NCBI RefSeq assembly: GCF_030144855.1
Contig: NC_082722.1
Coordinates: 27,156,001-27,220,000, forward strand
Direction of reading: 5' to 3'
Length of the DNA stretch: 64,000 nucleotides
Source: Hypanus sabinus
Taxonomy: Eukaryota
Shown in pieces: positions 46,901 through 60,325 of the stretch (within the stretch, counting starts at the first letter, position 1; every line of letters begins with the position of its first letter). A program made the position numbers and the translations under genes. A model generated the notes under the pieces. That model did not search any database, was not told the origin of the DNA, and saw only the letters and a program-made list of their open reading frames with translations.

Positions 46901-47255
46901 TCCTGTCCAGGTGTCTCAAGTCCAGTCATGTGCCAGTTCTCGTCCTGTAGCCACGACTTGTCCTAGTCTTGTTCTGGAGTCCGAGCCCGAGTCAAGACCC
47001 GGGTTCTGGGTATTTATCCAGTCTGTGGCTCGGAGTCCAAGCCCAGGCTCCTAGTTCCCAATTCTAAGTCCTGGTTCCGCTAACCTTTTCATGTCCTAGC
47101 CCAGGCCTGTGTCCTTGTCTCGTCCGTGGCCTTTGTCCTGTCCAGCGTCCTTTCTTCCTGCCTTCCCTTGCTTCTTACTCATGCCTAGTCCTTTACGTGG
47201 TTGTTCAGTGTCTTCGTCTTGCATTTGATTCCACTCCCAACGCTCCCCATATGCA
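43994..47255 (+). mobile_element. Miniature non-autonomous Gypsy (chromovirus/Sushi-like) LTR element: LTR 43994-46133, 155-bp interior, LTR 46289-47255
   Basis: TGTCATG...TATGACA first LTR; the second LTR is collinear. The interior holds the post-LTR/gag-start motif and the end-of-integrase/PPT motif (ttcgccaggaggttcccatagagtcggggtag). Degenerate 5-bp TSD gacgt/gtctt around a CR1 site that likely read gactt. Confidence 0.8.
44170..45460. repeat. GCCTY-rich tandem array inside the first Gypsy LTR, including an apparently identical 320-bp tandem duplication (44213-44539 / 44533-44859)
   Basis: Units such as gcctcgcctctgcctggagcct. ORF-track peptides repeat exactly at a 320-nt offset (44329 vs 44649 starts; 44395 vs 44715 ends). 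Confidence 0.92.
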
Positions 47256-48763
47256 GTCTTGCAGCAGACTAAAAAGATTCAACATGTAGATAATAAAAAA
47301 GAGAATGGACTGACGCTTTTAGAAAGTATAAAGTTGGATAGTTCGACGGGGCAGGATGAGATTTTTCCCAGTCTATTATGGGATGCGAAGAAGGAGATTA
47401 TTGAGCATCTGGCGATAATCTTTGAAGCATCATTGGGGATGGGAGAGTTTGCAGATGATTTGTGTGTTGTGGATGTTATTTACTCAATAAAGGGTGTAGA
47501 GATATCCAAGGAAATTATAGACCAGTGATTCTTACTCCGGTGGTTGGTAAGCTGATAGGGAAGATCCCGAGGGGCAGAATTTACGAACATTTGGAGAGGT
47601 ATAATATTATTAGAATAGTCAGCATGACATTGTCGGGGGCAGGTCGTGCCTTACGAGACTGATTGAATTTTTTGAGGATATGACTAAGCCCATTGATGAA
47701 GAAAGAGTATTAGATATAGTGTATATGGATTTCAGCAAGACATTTGATAAGGTAGCCCTAACATGGCTTATTGAGAAAGTAAGGAGGCATGGGATCTAAG
47801 GCGACATTGCTTTGTGTATCCTGAACTGTCATGCCCACAGCAGGTTGTAGTGGTTTTTAGACTGGTCATATTCTGTATGGAGGGTGGTGACCTGTGGATT
47901 GCCTCAGGGATCTGTTCTGGGACCCTTTCCTTTCGTGATTTTTATAAATGACCAGGATGAGGAAGTGGAGGGGTGTGTTAGCAAGTTTGCTAATGACACA
48001 AAGGACGGATGTGTTGTGGATAGTGTAGAGGACTGTCAGAGGTTACAGCGGGACATTGAGAGGATGCAAAACTGGGCTGAGAAGTTTTCAAACACAGATA
48101 ATGAGAAATTGTTCACTTTGATAGTACAAATATGATGGTAAGACACTTGGTAGTGTGGAGGATCAGAGGGATCTTGGGGTCCGAGTCCACAGCCACTTAA
48201 AGCAGCTGCGTAGATTCATGCTATGCTTAAGAAGGCATACGGTGTATTTGTCTTCATTAAATTGAATTTAGGATCCGAGAGTCATGTTACAGTTATATAG
48301 AACCCTGGGCAGACCCGACTTGGAGGACTGTGTTTTCTAGTCGCCTCACTACAGGAAGGATGTGGAAGCCATAGAAAGGGTCCAGAGGAGATTTACAGGA
48401 ATCTTCTCTAGACTCTGGAGTGTACCTTATGAAAACAGGTTCAGTGAACTCGGCCGTTTCTCCTTGGAGGATGAGAGGTGACTTGCTAGAGGTGTATAAG
48501 ACGATGAGGTGCATTGATCGTGTGGATAGACAGAGGCTTTTGTCCCAGGGCTGAAATGGTTGCCACAAGAGGACACAAATTTAAGTTGCTGGGGAGAATG
48601 TACAGCAGTGATTTCAGTGCTAGGTTTTTACTCGCAGATTGGTGATTGTGTGGAATGGTCTGTCGACAGCGGTGGTGGAGGAGAATACGATACGGTTTCT
48701 TAAGGGAATTTTGGATAGGTGCATGGTGCTTAGAAAAATAGTGGGTTACGGGTAACCTTAGTA

Positions 48764-51700
48764 TTTTTTTTTTTTGTAATTTATTTTTATTGAAGTTCAT
48801 CATCAAGCAAACATTTCCATAAGATGTATTTCAGACATTGTACATATATATCATATAATCATATATATCACAAAATCTCCACGAAGTATTTATCTGAGGT
48901 ACTTATAGAAAAGAGTAGAAAGAAAAAAAAAACAATCAAAAGAAAAGAACTATGTACAAGTAGGGAGTGATCTTTTTTTTTGTAAATGATTCACTGATTT
49001 GGGAGAAGAAAATCAGGCCTATGAGGCAATATGTAGCTAAACCAATTTTCCCAGTATGAATCAAATTGTTCCAGCTAATGGTCAACAGATGCTGTTATCT
49101 TCTCCATTTTGTAAATGTCCATTGTAATTTCCATCCATGTATTTAAAGTCGGGCTCTCCTGTGATAACCATTTGCTAGTGAGAGTCTTTTTACCAGCCAC
49201 CAATAGTATATTCATTAATTATTTATCTATTTTCAACCATTCTTGAGGTATATATCTAAAATATATGGTCTTACTCACTAAGGGTATTTCACATTTAAAG
49301 ATATCTTGTAGAGCATTGTGTATCCCCTCCAATAGTTTTTGATAATAGGGCAGTCCCAAAAAATATGATAATGATTTGCATTTTGATTTCCACAATTTCT
49401 CCAGCAAACAGGGAGTTTGCTATCGTAATGCCATTTCTGAGAAGGTGTAACAGAATATCTTGTCAAGTTTTTCCATCCAAACTCCCTCCATTTATGTGAA
49501 CTGGTGCACTTCCGTTGATATCTCCATATTGTTTTCCATTCTTCCTCAGATAGAAATATCCCTCCTTCCTTCTCCCATTTTGTTTTAAAAATGAAGTCGA
49601 ATTTGTTTTAAGATTTGACAACCCCTTATACATGCTTGAAATGATTCTACTACCATTATCTGAATTATATGCTTTTCTAAAGAGCTCTACCAAGCATGAA
49701 TTTGCCTTGGATACATTTTTATGCGTCTTTTTAACATATTGTCATATCTGTAAATACCGATACAAGTTCTATTTTTCTAATAAGTATTTCTCTTTAAGCA
49801 TTTCAAAACTTAACAGTGTTCCTTCTTTTATTATGTTGCAAATAACTGTTATTCCTTTCGATCTCCAGTCCTTAAATCTAGCATCTAACTTATTTTGTGT
49901 AAAATCCGAGTCAGATGCATACCATTTAAGAGTTGCAGTATCCCCCTCTAGATTATATTCTTTTATAGTAGTTTTCCACATTCTAAGAGTCAATTTCACC
50001 CTTGGGTTATCAATAGTATTTATGTACTTTTGCAGGTTGTTATCAGCCAAAATTGCTTGTATGGGGATGGGAAGTACCTGTTCCTCAATGGTTTCGATTG
50101 AGCGTCATATGATGGGTTGCACCAACATATCACAGCTGTCAACTGTGCTGCAAAATAATAATCTCTAAGAGAAGGTAGGCCCTATCCCCCTTTTCCTTTG
50201 CTAATTGCAAAGTTTGAGACGAACTCTGGGCCTTTTACCCTGCCAAATATACCTTGATAACATCTTGTTCCATTCATTGAATTGATTTTGATTAATCTCT
50301 ATTGGTAGGGTCTGAAAGAGATATAACAGTCTGGGCAGTATAGTCATTTTAATAGACTCAATCCTTGAGCTGACACTAAATAAAGGAATCAGGTTCCATC
50401 TTGCCACATCTTACTTAATGTTTTATATAAAGGCTGATAATTACATTCTGATAATTTTGCCAAATCTTTTGGCATAATCATGCCTAAATATTTGAAAGAC
50501 TCTGTGAGCCATGCCCAGGGGTATCGACTTTCCATTTCTTTTGGTGGGCTATAGTAATATGAAAATAATTGGATTTTATCTATGTTGATCGTGTATCCTG
50601 ATAATTGACCACATTGTTCAAAGGATTGCATCAATTTAGGTAAAGAGTATGTTGGCTGCCCGAGATAGATCAAAATGTCATCCGTATAACAAGCCAATTT
50701 ATACTCTGTCCCTTTAGTAGTAAGTCCCCTGATATTTTCATTTTGTCTGATGTATTGAGCTAATGTTTCCAGATATAACACAAAGAGTTGTGTTGACCAT
50801 GCACAACCTTGTCTCGTGCCCCTTTCTAGGGTATGACTATTTGGTAAATATTCATTGATTTTAATCCTAGCAGTAGGATTGTCATATAGTGTCTGTATAG
50901 ATTTAATAATTTTGTCTTGGAAATCAAATCTATATAAAACTCTGTAAAGAAAATTCCAATTAACCGAATTAAATGCTTTCTCAGCGTCGACGCTTATCAC
51001 TATTGCTTCGATTTTATTTTTTTTTTGTATATGATCCATAATTTGAAGTTCCCTTCGTATATTGTCATGTGTCTGGCATTGTCGTATAAAACCTGTGTGA
51101 TAGTTACGTATCAGTATGGGCAGAAACTCCTCTAATCGTTTGGCCATGATGGAGGTAGATCATCTATAATCTACATAAAGAACGGATATTGGTCTAAGTG
51201 ACCCGCATTCCATTTTATCCTTGCCTTCTTTCGGTATAGCTGAGATTATAGCTTCCTTCCTACTGGGTGGCTTTCTTGTCTTTTCTTAGAACCCAGTTCA
51301 GTGTGCGGAGTAAAACAGGAATTAACTCATTTTAAATTCTTTGTACCACTCGGCCGTGTACCCATCTGATCCTGGTGACTTGCTTAATTTAAGCCTACCA
51401 ATTGCAGCTTTTAATTCAACTTAAGTTATGTCAGCAATCATCCTTCTATTTTGTTCTTCGCTTAAACTGGGTACCTCTAGAGAATTCAATAAGGTGTCAA
51501 TTTGGGTTATGCTTCTCCCTGGAACTTTGGAATATAGAGTTTTGTAAAACACTTCAAAAGCTTCTTGAATTTCACTTAACTTATATTTTGTTTATCATTT
51601 TTGTTCTTTTTCTTTAATTCTATGAATTGTATTTTCTGCTATCTTTTTGCTCAGTTTCCACGCCAGTATTTTCATATAGTTCAATCCACTTCCATAATGT

Positions 51701-53064
51701 CTCTGCTTCAGAAACATTGTTTTTCCTGATCTCTTGCGTAGCCAATTTATTTATTTCATTCCTAATTCCTTTAATTTCCCCTAATGTATTCTCTGCCAAT
51801 TTCAACTTGTGTATTTTCTCTAGTTCCTTTAGCCTATTTTGTAATTCCTCTGTTTTATTCCTTTTTTTTCTTATATGAAGATATAGCTATAATTTTCCCT
51901 CTTAAGACCGCCTTCAGTGTATCCCATTAAATGGGAGGTGAAACCTCTCCATGATCATTAAATTCTAAGTAGAAACCAATTTCTATTTTTTAATTTGGTA
52001 CTCAAAGTACGAATCATTGAGGAGACTTGAATTTAGTATTTTTTGGTTGTCGGTCAAAATCAACAGATGAATATACAGGTGCATGGTCACTTACATCTAT
52101 TGTCCCAATTCCACAGGTGTTTATTTTGTCTTGGTCTTTTCCAAATGCTATGATATAGTCTATTCTTGTATACACAGAACAGGGAGAAGAATAATGAGTG
52201 TAATCCCTTCTGACAGGGAGAAGGTCCCTCCATATATCAATTAAAACAACATCTTCAAAAAGTGTATTAGCTTTCTTATGTAAAGATTTTGTTCCAAAGG
52301 TTTTTCTATTGGAAGAGTCTAAGTTTGGTTGTAATTGTAAATTTAAGTCTCCCCACATATCAGGAGAACTTCTGTTTCCCTTGCCATAAGATCAGTAATT
52401 TTCTGAAAGAAACCAATATCACTTCCCGGTGGTGCATATATATTCAATAGAGTAACTGATTTGCCGTCTATATTCCCCCTTACCAGAATATATCTGCCCT
52501 CTTCTCCTCCCATTTCGAATACTTTTTCAAAATTTAGTTTACTTGAGATAAGACTATCAACTCCTCTCCTATGTCCTGATTTTTATGAAGAGAAAAACAG
52601 ATTATTGAAGCACATTCTCTGTAGTTTTTTCATGCTCATTATTACTTAAATGAGTTTCTTGTAAAGATACTACAAGGACTTGTTTCTTTTTTTTTTCATT
52701 TTGGATAAAATTTTCTTATGTTTTATTGGAGTTAATAGCACATTGACATTAAATGAAATGAATTTTACCTTGCCCTTAGCCATCTGTATCTATCGGTCAA
52801 TGTATCAGTGAAATTAGTATAAAACTTAATCGGTCTATCCACTGAACAAATAAGAACCAGGAAACGCAAATAATAACAAAAATAGCAACGAACGTGTGAT
52901 TCAAAGGCTGAGGTCTCTAGTAGATTATCCGGCGTTGAGTTAGAGGAAATGTCTAGCTGTGGGGACTAACTCCTCCTACTTGTGAGTTGAGAGCCCCCAT
53001 TGCAGTACTCATAAATGTCATTGATAAAATCCATCACAGAGAAAATATTTCCCTGTGTACTCCT

Positions 53065-53107
<43 letters not shown>

Positions 53108-54000
53108 GCACACACATTATACACATATACATATATATATATATATATTCTCATTTTGGTTGGGTAAAAGGAGTAAGTGAGCGAATAAAGACTAACAACT
53201 AGGTAATATAAAATCCACATTATAATAAGTATTTCTCGAGATAGCTATGTCACCGTGTACATTTGCTTTCTTTTAGTTTCTCAATTTTGTTAAAGTTAAC
53301 CAAACCTTATAGTTCTTCTGAAGGGGGTGAGAACTGTCTTTGGGAAACTCCCGGTCTCTTCCTGATATATTTCTCTCGGCTTCCTCCCATCTCCTGCCTT
53401 CTCCATTCTCCCACCATTTCCCAAGCGGAGCGGGATAATTCCTCTGCCAGGCTTATGCCTCGTTTTGGTCATGCTGACAGGCAACCCTCAGACTTCAAGC
53501 CTGAAGTCGCCTCTTCCATTGTCTGGTACAACCGCGTCCCGTTGGCATAAAACACTCAAAATTTAGCAGGGTAAGAAGGCTGAAATCTAATCTTATATTT
53601 TTTTAGTACTCACTTTATTTCAGAGTATTCTTTCCGTTTCTGGAGAACCGCGAGGGAGGGGGGGGTTCTTGGTCGAAATATATTAATGTATCCTCTAAAA
53701 AACACTCTCTTCTTACCACAGGTACTTCGTAGAATCTCCGCCTTTGTGCTATACCGAAGGAATTTAAATGTTATTGAGCATGGGCTTTCTATCTCGGGTA
53801 GGTTTCGGGACGAGCGCTCAGTGGGCTCTTTCGACTTCCAGCTCCAAAGCCGGGTCGAAGATCCGCGTACCGCAGTAGCTTTCTGACAAACTCCGTTATC
53901 GACGAGCCCTCCGCTCCTTTGCGAACGTTGTAGATACTGATATTTTTTCAGCCGTGATGTCCCTGCAGGTCAAGCAGTTTACCTTCTTGGTTACGTAATC
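48764..54000 (-). mobile_element. L1/Tx1-clade LINE, 5'-truncated in ORF1, ORF2 degraded
   Basis: Poly(A) at 48764-48775. RT: SVDAEKAFNSVNW, RGTRQGCAWS, YTDDILIYL. Endonuclease: WGDLN..DIWR..DYTHYS..YTRIDY..SDHAPV. ORF1: NISIYNVRKGAEGSSITEFV and RVFYANGTRLYQTMEEA. Confidence 0.93.
53067..53147. repeat. (TA)n compound microsatellite in the L1 inter-ORF region
   Basis: (TA)19 at 53067-53104 followed by interrupted CA/TA. Confidence 0.97.
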
Positions 54001-54249
54001 TTTTGAATTGAATTGATATGTATTGTATATTTAAATACATGCTCATTTCAGTCTAAAGGTGTAATGCACACATTATAGTAACTTATAATAAATATTATGT
54101 GGAACAGGATAGTCAATATAGCATAGAAATACAGTTGTGTCAGCATGAGTTAAGTAGTTTGATGACCTGGTGGAAGAAGCTGAACTGGAGCCTATTGGTC
54201 CTGGCTTTTATGCTGCGGTACCGTTTCCCAGATGGTAGCAGCTAGAGGA

Positions 54250-54960
54250 GTTTGTGCCAAATGCTTTCTTTAGGACCCTACCTACCTGTGACGCCACTTT
54301 CAGCAAATTATGCAGCTGTATTCCCAGATCCTTTTGTTTTATCACACTCCTCAGTGCCCTGCCATTCACCGTGCAAGACCTACCTTGGTTGGTCCCACCG
54401 ACATGCAATGTCTCGTTCTTGTTCACAGAAATTCCAAATGCCATTTTCATCCTATTTTTTTTCCTGCTGATACAGATCCCTCTGCAGCCAGGAAAGCCTT
54501 CCTCGCTGTCCACTACATCCATAATATTGGTGTAATCCGTAAATTTGTTGATCTACTTATCCACATTATTATCCAGATCGGTAATATAGATGATGGACAG
54601 GAATGGATCCTGCACAGTGCCCTCTGGCATGCCACTGGTCCTCCGGTCAAAGAGGCAACCATACAATGTTATTTTTGGCTTCTTTCACAAAGACTATGGA
54701 CAATCCAATTTACTACCTCGCAGTGAATACTAAGCGACTGAACTTTCTTGAGCAGCATCCAATGTCGGCCTTGTCAAATGTCTTACTAAAGTTGATTTTC
54801 GGAACATGCTCAGTCTTCTTTCCAACCACTTACCTGGCACGGAAAACACTACAAGATAGGATAGGTATGAATAATCATGCACGAAGCCATGCTGACTCTA
54901 CTTAATCAGTCCATGTCTATCAAAGTACTTCTATACCAGCTTCTAATAACTTTCCTGCAA
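54250..54960 (-). mobile_element. CR1 RT fragment
   Basis: LHVGGTNQGRSCTVNGRALRSVIKQKDLGIQLHNLLKVASQV. Confidence 0.8.
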
Positions 54961-54969
54961 CTGCTGTCA

Positions 54970-56990
54970 AGCTCGTTGTTGGTCAGTCGTTAAGTCGATT
55001 CAGGGTCTGCATGACCAAATGGACTCCTGCACACCAAATCTTCTTGTTAAAAACTGTCTCTCTGAACTCCACCAACGTCATGCCTACTGCCTGAGTAATA
55101 TTATTTTTCCATCGTATCTTCTGTTGCCCGCTCCTTCTCCTACCTTTTGTTTTGCCTGACATCATGGTCTTCTCCAAGGAATCCTGCCTTCTCATGATGT
55201 GGCCTAAGTATTTTAACATTTGTCTCACAACTAAGTGTCCTAATGAGCAATCTAGCTCTATTTCTTCAAGTATTGCCTTGTTGGATTTTCTTGCTGTCCG
55301 ACGAACTCTTAACACTTTTCGTCAGCAGCCAAGTCAAATTCGACGATTATTTTCCTGTTCAGCCTTGCTAACAGATCAGCTCTCACAGCCATCCATCACA
55401 ACTGGAAATACCATAGACTTGTCTGCGTAGACAATTTTATATCTCTGCTCTTCAGTATTTTATCTAACTTTGCCATTGCTTCCCTCTGAGAAGTAGGCGC
55501 TGTTTAATTTCTTGGCTTCTGTTATCATCTGAAGAAAGCTGTGTAAGTAGGAAGACAAAATCCATTACTGCTTCCAATTTTTTTACATTTATTACCATGG
55601 AATTAATAAGGCTAGTCGACAAAATCTTGACATTCTTCATATTGAGCGACAGCCAGCCTTTGCACTTTCTACGTTCACCTTGATTAAATGACTCCTCTGA
55701 TCCTACTAACTTTCAGGCATTGGAGTAGTATCGTCTGCATATCTGAAGTTGTTAATATTTAGTCCGGCAATTTTGAACCCAACATTTGAGTCCTCTAGAT
55801 CAACATTCTTCATGACGTGTTCAGCATATACTGTAGATTGAATCAGTACGGTGACAATATGCAGCCTTGTCATGCTCTTCCCAAAGTTCTACCAGAATTT
55901 TTTGTTCCATGTTCTGTCTTAGCTATTGTTTCCTGATCTTCGTACAAGTTTCTCATAAGGCAGATCAGATGTGTAGGTATCCCCATTTCTTTAAAACATT
56001 GCAATAGTGTATTATGGTACACACTGTCGAAGGCTTTAGAACAGTCAATAAAACATAGGTAAAGAGTTTTCTGGGATACCTTCGACTTCACCATTTTCCA
56101 GCGTAGCTTAGTAATGTGTGTCTCTTCTAAAATCAGCTTGTCCATCTGGCAGTTCTCGTTCCAAATAATGCTGAAGTTTTGCTTGCTTGACCTTTAGAAT
56201 TACATTGCTTGTATGTTAAATTTCGTGAAACGGTCCGGTAATTTGAACACTGCTTTACATTTTCCTTCATGGGAATTGGGATATAAATCGATCTTTTCCA
56301 GTCTGAAGGGTATTATTGAGTATTCCAGGTCTGCTGGTAAGTTGCATGCAACACTTTTATACAGATTCAGCTTTTAAAGTTTTAAACAATTCAACTAGAA
56401 TACTTTCACATCTTGCAGTCTTCTTATTGGCAATGTTTTCGATCGCCCATTCGTTTTCACGTTCCAGAATGTCCGGCTCTAGATCGATAAGGGATTCATT
56501 GTAGGTGTCTTCGGTGTTGGGGTCTTTCCTGTTCAATTCTTCCTGTCATTCCTATATGATTGAATTGCGGAGCAGATTCGATGTGCCGAGTGTCCGTGAT
56601 CTGCTCCTATATTTTATGGGATTGTGGTGTCTTTCTGATGTCTTCTGCTTCTGTAAGGACCTTCCCTTATTTGCATTTTACTATCCTAATTTTTGAATGA
56701 AATGTTCCTTTGAATTCTCTAATATCCTTGAATAGATCTCTTGTTCTACCAATTTTTTGGCTTCTTCAGCTTCTATGCATCGCTGCTTTAAGCAAGTTTG
56801 CTTACATTTCATTGCTACCTTATTAAACATTCTGTTCAAATCCCCATTGACCTGAACATCTATTCGCTGCTCAGCTACTTGTAGATCTTCTGCAGAAAGG
56901 CATTATGTTTTCCTGGTCTTCTTTTCGTTTGCAATTTTTTTGTTGCAACCTGTTGTATAGTGCTCATTACTTCTATCCAAAGTTCTTTTG
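54970..56990 (-). mobile_element. RTE (BovB-like) LINE, degraded
   Basis: LKYLGHIMRRQDSLEKTMMSGKTKGRRRSGQQKIRW; YLCFIDCSKAFDSVYH..MGIPTHLICLMRNLYEDQE. Confidence 0.9.
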
Positions 56991-57062
56991 GCTTTTTCTC
57001 TGGCAGGTTTAAACCATTGAATAATTTCTTCACCCCCACGACATATTCTTGAAGGACGCTAT

Positions 57063-57880
57063 TGTATGATCCCAGCCCCCTCCTTTGTGAGAATCGCAAG
57101 AGCACCCGTTGAGTGGGGGGGGGGGGGTGGGGTCAGTAGACCCAGTCGGAGAGAGAGAGAGAGAGAGAAACGTGAAAAATTGCACGTCCCACCAGGGATA
57201 CAGAATAAGATGCCAGCAACTATTGTCTCATGGAGACCACGTGAAAAGCCCTCGGGCAAGGTGGGCTGGTTGAGAGAGAGATTGCATCATCCCAACCTGA
57301 TTGACACCTGCAACCCCGTGAGGAAGTATAAAGGAAAGTCTCAGGGGGACAGCCCCTTAGACGCACCAAGAAGACACGAGAGTGTTCCCGCAGCAGCGGG
57401 AAGCCATTCTGAAGGAAGTCACGTGCGTTAGATTCCGGGATTGGAATCTGTGACTGGAATCACAGAAAACCGCTTTAATTAACATCGGGGAGAGGAAACC
57501 AACGCTCCCCCGATTTCACGGAAGATTCATCGAGACTCGGCAAGTTCTTTCTCTTCTCCCCCCAATCTCTCTCTCTCGGTCGCCCCACGTGAAACCCAGC
57601 GATTTGCAAAGGGCTGAGGCCGACAGCCTTCTGAGTGACTTTTATATTTCCAACGGACAATCTATTAACCCCTAGACATCAGCAGAGCTCACTTAATAAT
57701 GATGATTATTAATATACCCGCGCTTTAGATTGAGTGTTGACAATGTGCCCTATCTGAATGTATGTATTAACCGTACTTTTGTATCCCTTTACGAATAAAA
57801 CGTTTGAAAATAGTGACAACAGACTTCAACAGACCTCTCTATCTTTGCTGGTAAGTTATCCAGTTACGGGATACGTAACA
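57063..57880. mobile_element. Solo LTR (~818 bp) with perfect 4-bp TSD
   Basis: TGTATGATCCC...GATACGTAACA termini; CTAT at 57059-57062 and 57881-57884. Confidence 0.85.
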
Positions 57881-57884
57881 CTAT

Positions 57885-60150
57885 AAACATCAAACTTTTC
57901 TGTTACGTCGGTTTTCTTGAAGTCCTCAGTTTCATTCTGAATAGTGCAACAAGCAGCTTCGCCTCACTACTAACGACTGTGTGTCCAACTCCTAAGTCAA
58001 TATAGATAAGATGTCCTTCAACTCTTTTGGCTCCATAGATGAATGTCCATACTAATTTTCCAGAGGACCTATCTTATTCCTTGCAATCCTTTTACTCTTC
58101 TCACATCGATAGGATCATTTAGGATTCTCGATTACATTGACTGCTACAGCAAACTCGTGCATTATTTTAGTCTTTTAGTCCTCGTAATTTCTTTAAGTAT
58201 TATTTGCATATTGTAAACCCCATAAGCACTCCATTATTTCCCACATGCCCATACGTGCTATGCAGCTTTTTTTTCATAATCAGGCCCTCAACATTTCTTG
58301 CAAACGTAGGTTCGCGACACCTCTTATCGTTAACTTTTATTCAGACAGTCATATTCCAGCTTTGTACTCTCAACATTTAACCTATAAAGGCCTTGCTTTT
58401 CCCAACTGCACTTTTATAAGTATTTTCTGTCCTAATCCACACTTGCCAGATCCTTTCTGATATCATCAAAAATTACCTGTCAGCAATTTAGAATATTAAC
58501 CCACGGAATAGAGCTCTCATTTTTCATATTCACTTGTAAACTAATGGATACGTGATCACTACATACAGAGTCTCCTCCAACGCAAATTCTGTGACATGCC
58601 CCTTCTCATCCCCTAATAACAGATCAAGTTTCGGTTGGACGTCTGATAATGATGAAGATGATGCCATTCGTCTGTCTCCAATGTCAATAGTTTTGCGGCA
58701 CTGGAGTGACCTCTCCAGAACACAAGCCTGGGCGGAAGGCATGTGGATCTTCACTTCGTCACGTCCTTTCGCTCGGGCTCATCGGGCTGAAGAGAGTAGT
58801 TCAAACAGAGTTGAAACAATATGTTTAGCACCAGCTTGGCGGTGGGAGCTGCCGGAAGGATGCTTAGTGACGTCCGGCACCGTTAAGTGCTCCACTCGGT
58901 GGATTTTCTGCCTATGCTTAATCCCTTAGGCTTTGACCCTACCGAGGCTGCCGACGAGGCTGTAGATCTATTTGCCCATAGCTGGGAATCTGGTTCTCGA
59001 GCACGAGGACATATCCACGCTCGATCGGCTTGCGTGCGGTGGCTAGACTCCACTCTACAGTCTACTCTCCAGTTCAGCATGCGTCCGAAGCCTGTTCAGT
59101 TTCTGTACGTCATCATGGAGTTGGCACCACATGAGGCTTGCTGTACAATTGCTATCCACTGGAAGGGGGAGATTTATGCTTTCTGCTCTACTTGACTAGT
59201 ATCATCACCCCTCTTTATTTAATTATCCCGCTCTGTCCCGTCGAAAACAACGGACTCTGGAATATTGAGCTGTCTGTCCTACATCTCTTGTAACCAAGTC
59301 TCATAATGCCTATAATAGCATAATTTTGGCGTTGATTCATGCTCTGAGCTCAACGCTTATTCCTACTCTAGGTGTTATATTGACAGATTTGCTGATCGGT
59401 CATCAATCACACCATGCTCAACCTTGTGGTTCCGGCATTTGATAGAGTTCATAACAACATCTGTCTCCACAAACTCTCCACGAAGTGTTCCCACACTGTG
59501 ATTCCATGAAAGGCAGCACAATGATCCAAAAATATATCGCCTTCCTTCCTACACCAACTCCTGAACCAGATATTAAGCTGTATATTTTTTGTAATCTAGC
59601 CTCAATAGCACATGGCACAGGCAGCAATCTTGAGGTCACAACACTGGAGGTCCAGCACTTTAATTTCGTACCTAACTTCCTGAACCCACCTTGCAGAACG
59701 TTATCACTCTTCCTACTTATGTCATTGGTAGCTACATGGACAACGACCTCTGGCTATTCAGTCTCCCACTTAAGAATACCAAGGACACAATCCGAGATGT
59801 CCTGGGCTTTCGCACCCAGGAGGAAACAACATCAGAAAATCTCGTTATCGACCACATAAACTCCTTTCTTCTCTCCAAACGAATCCCCTACATCAACAGC
59901 TCTCGCCTTCTACATTTCCCCCAGGACACCCCCCCACCCCCACCACAAAATTCTCGTCTGAGTAGTAGAGTCAGGCTCAAGGTTAAAGACCCGACCGCTG
60001 TGTCTTTCTACTGATAGGTCATTCTCTTCAACAGTATCCAAAGTGATATACCTGCTGCTGAGTGGGGTCGCCACAGGGTATTCTGCGCTAGCTGTTCGGA
60101 TCCTTTCCGCTTCCTGACTGTCATCCGAATATAAATAAATACTCAGTCAT
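57885..60150 (-). mobile_element. Degraded CR1 5'/endonuclease region
   Basis: Nucleotide similarity by eye to the ORF1/endonuclease parts of the other CR1 copies (e.g. gcacatggcacaggcagcaatcttgag at 59610). Confidence 0.6.
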
Positions 60151-60171
60151 AACAATAATATTACTTGATTA

Positions 60172-60325
60172 CCAACACACACAAAATGCTGGTGGAACCC
60201 TTCAGTACTCGACCCGAAACGTAGACAGCACTTCTCCCTATAGATGCTGCCTGGCCTGCGGTGTTCCACCTGCATTTTGTGCGTGTTGTTTGAATTTCCG
60301 GCATCTGCAGATTTCCTTGAGTTTG
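60172..60325. repeat. Short inverted pair of Penelope 3' termini (fold-back)
   Basis: caacacacacaaaatgctggtggaac ... gttccacctgcattttgtgcgtgttg. Confidence 0.75.

Larger units (their letters stand above)
43790..48762 (+). mobile_element. CR1 (endonuclease-RT-3' end) interrupted by the Gypsy element at 43994-47255
   Basis: Sequence is continuous across the insertion (gggcagac|ttgcagcagact); GNYRPVILTPVVGKLI, GLPQGSVLGPFPFVIFIND, SKFANDTK. Confidence 0.9.

Noticed and set aside
58530-58754. TLYVVI tyrosine motif in a minus-strand ORF
   Set aside because: Lies within degraded CR1-like sequence with no exon boundaries; a chance motif.
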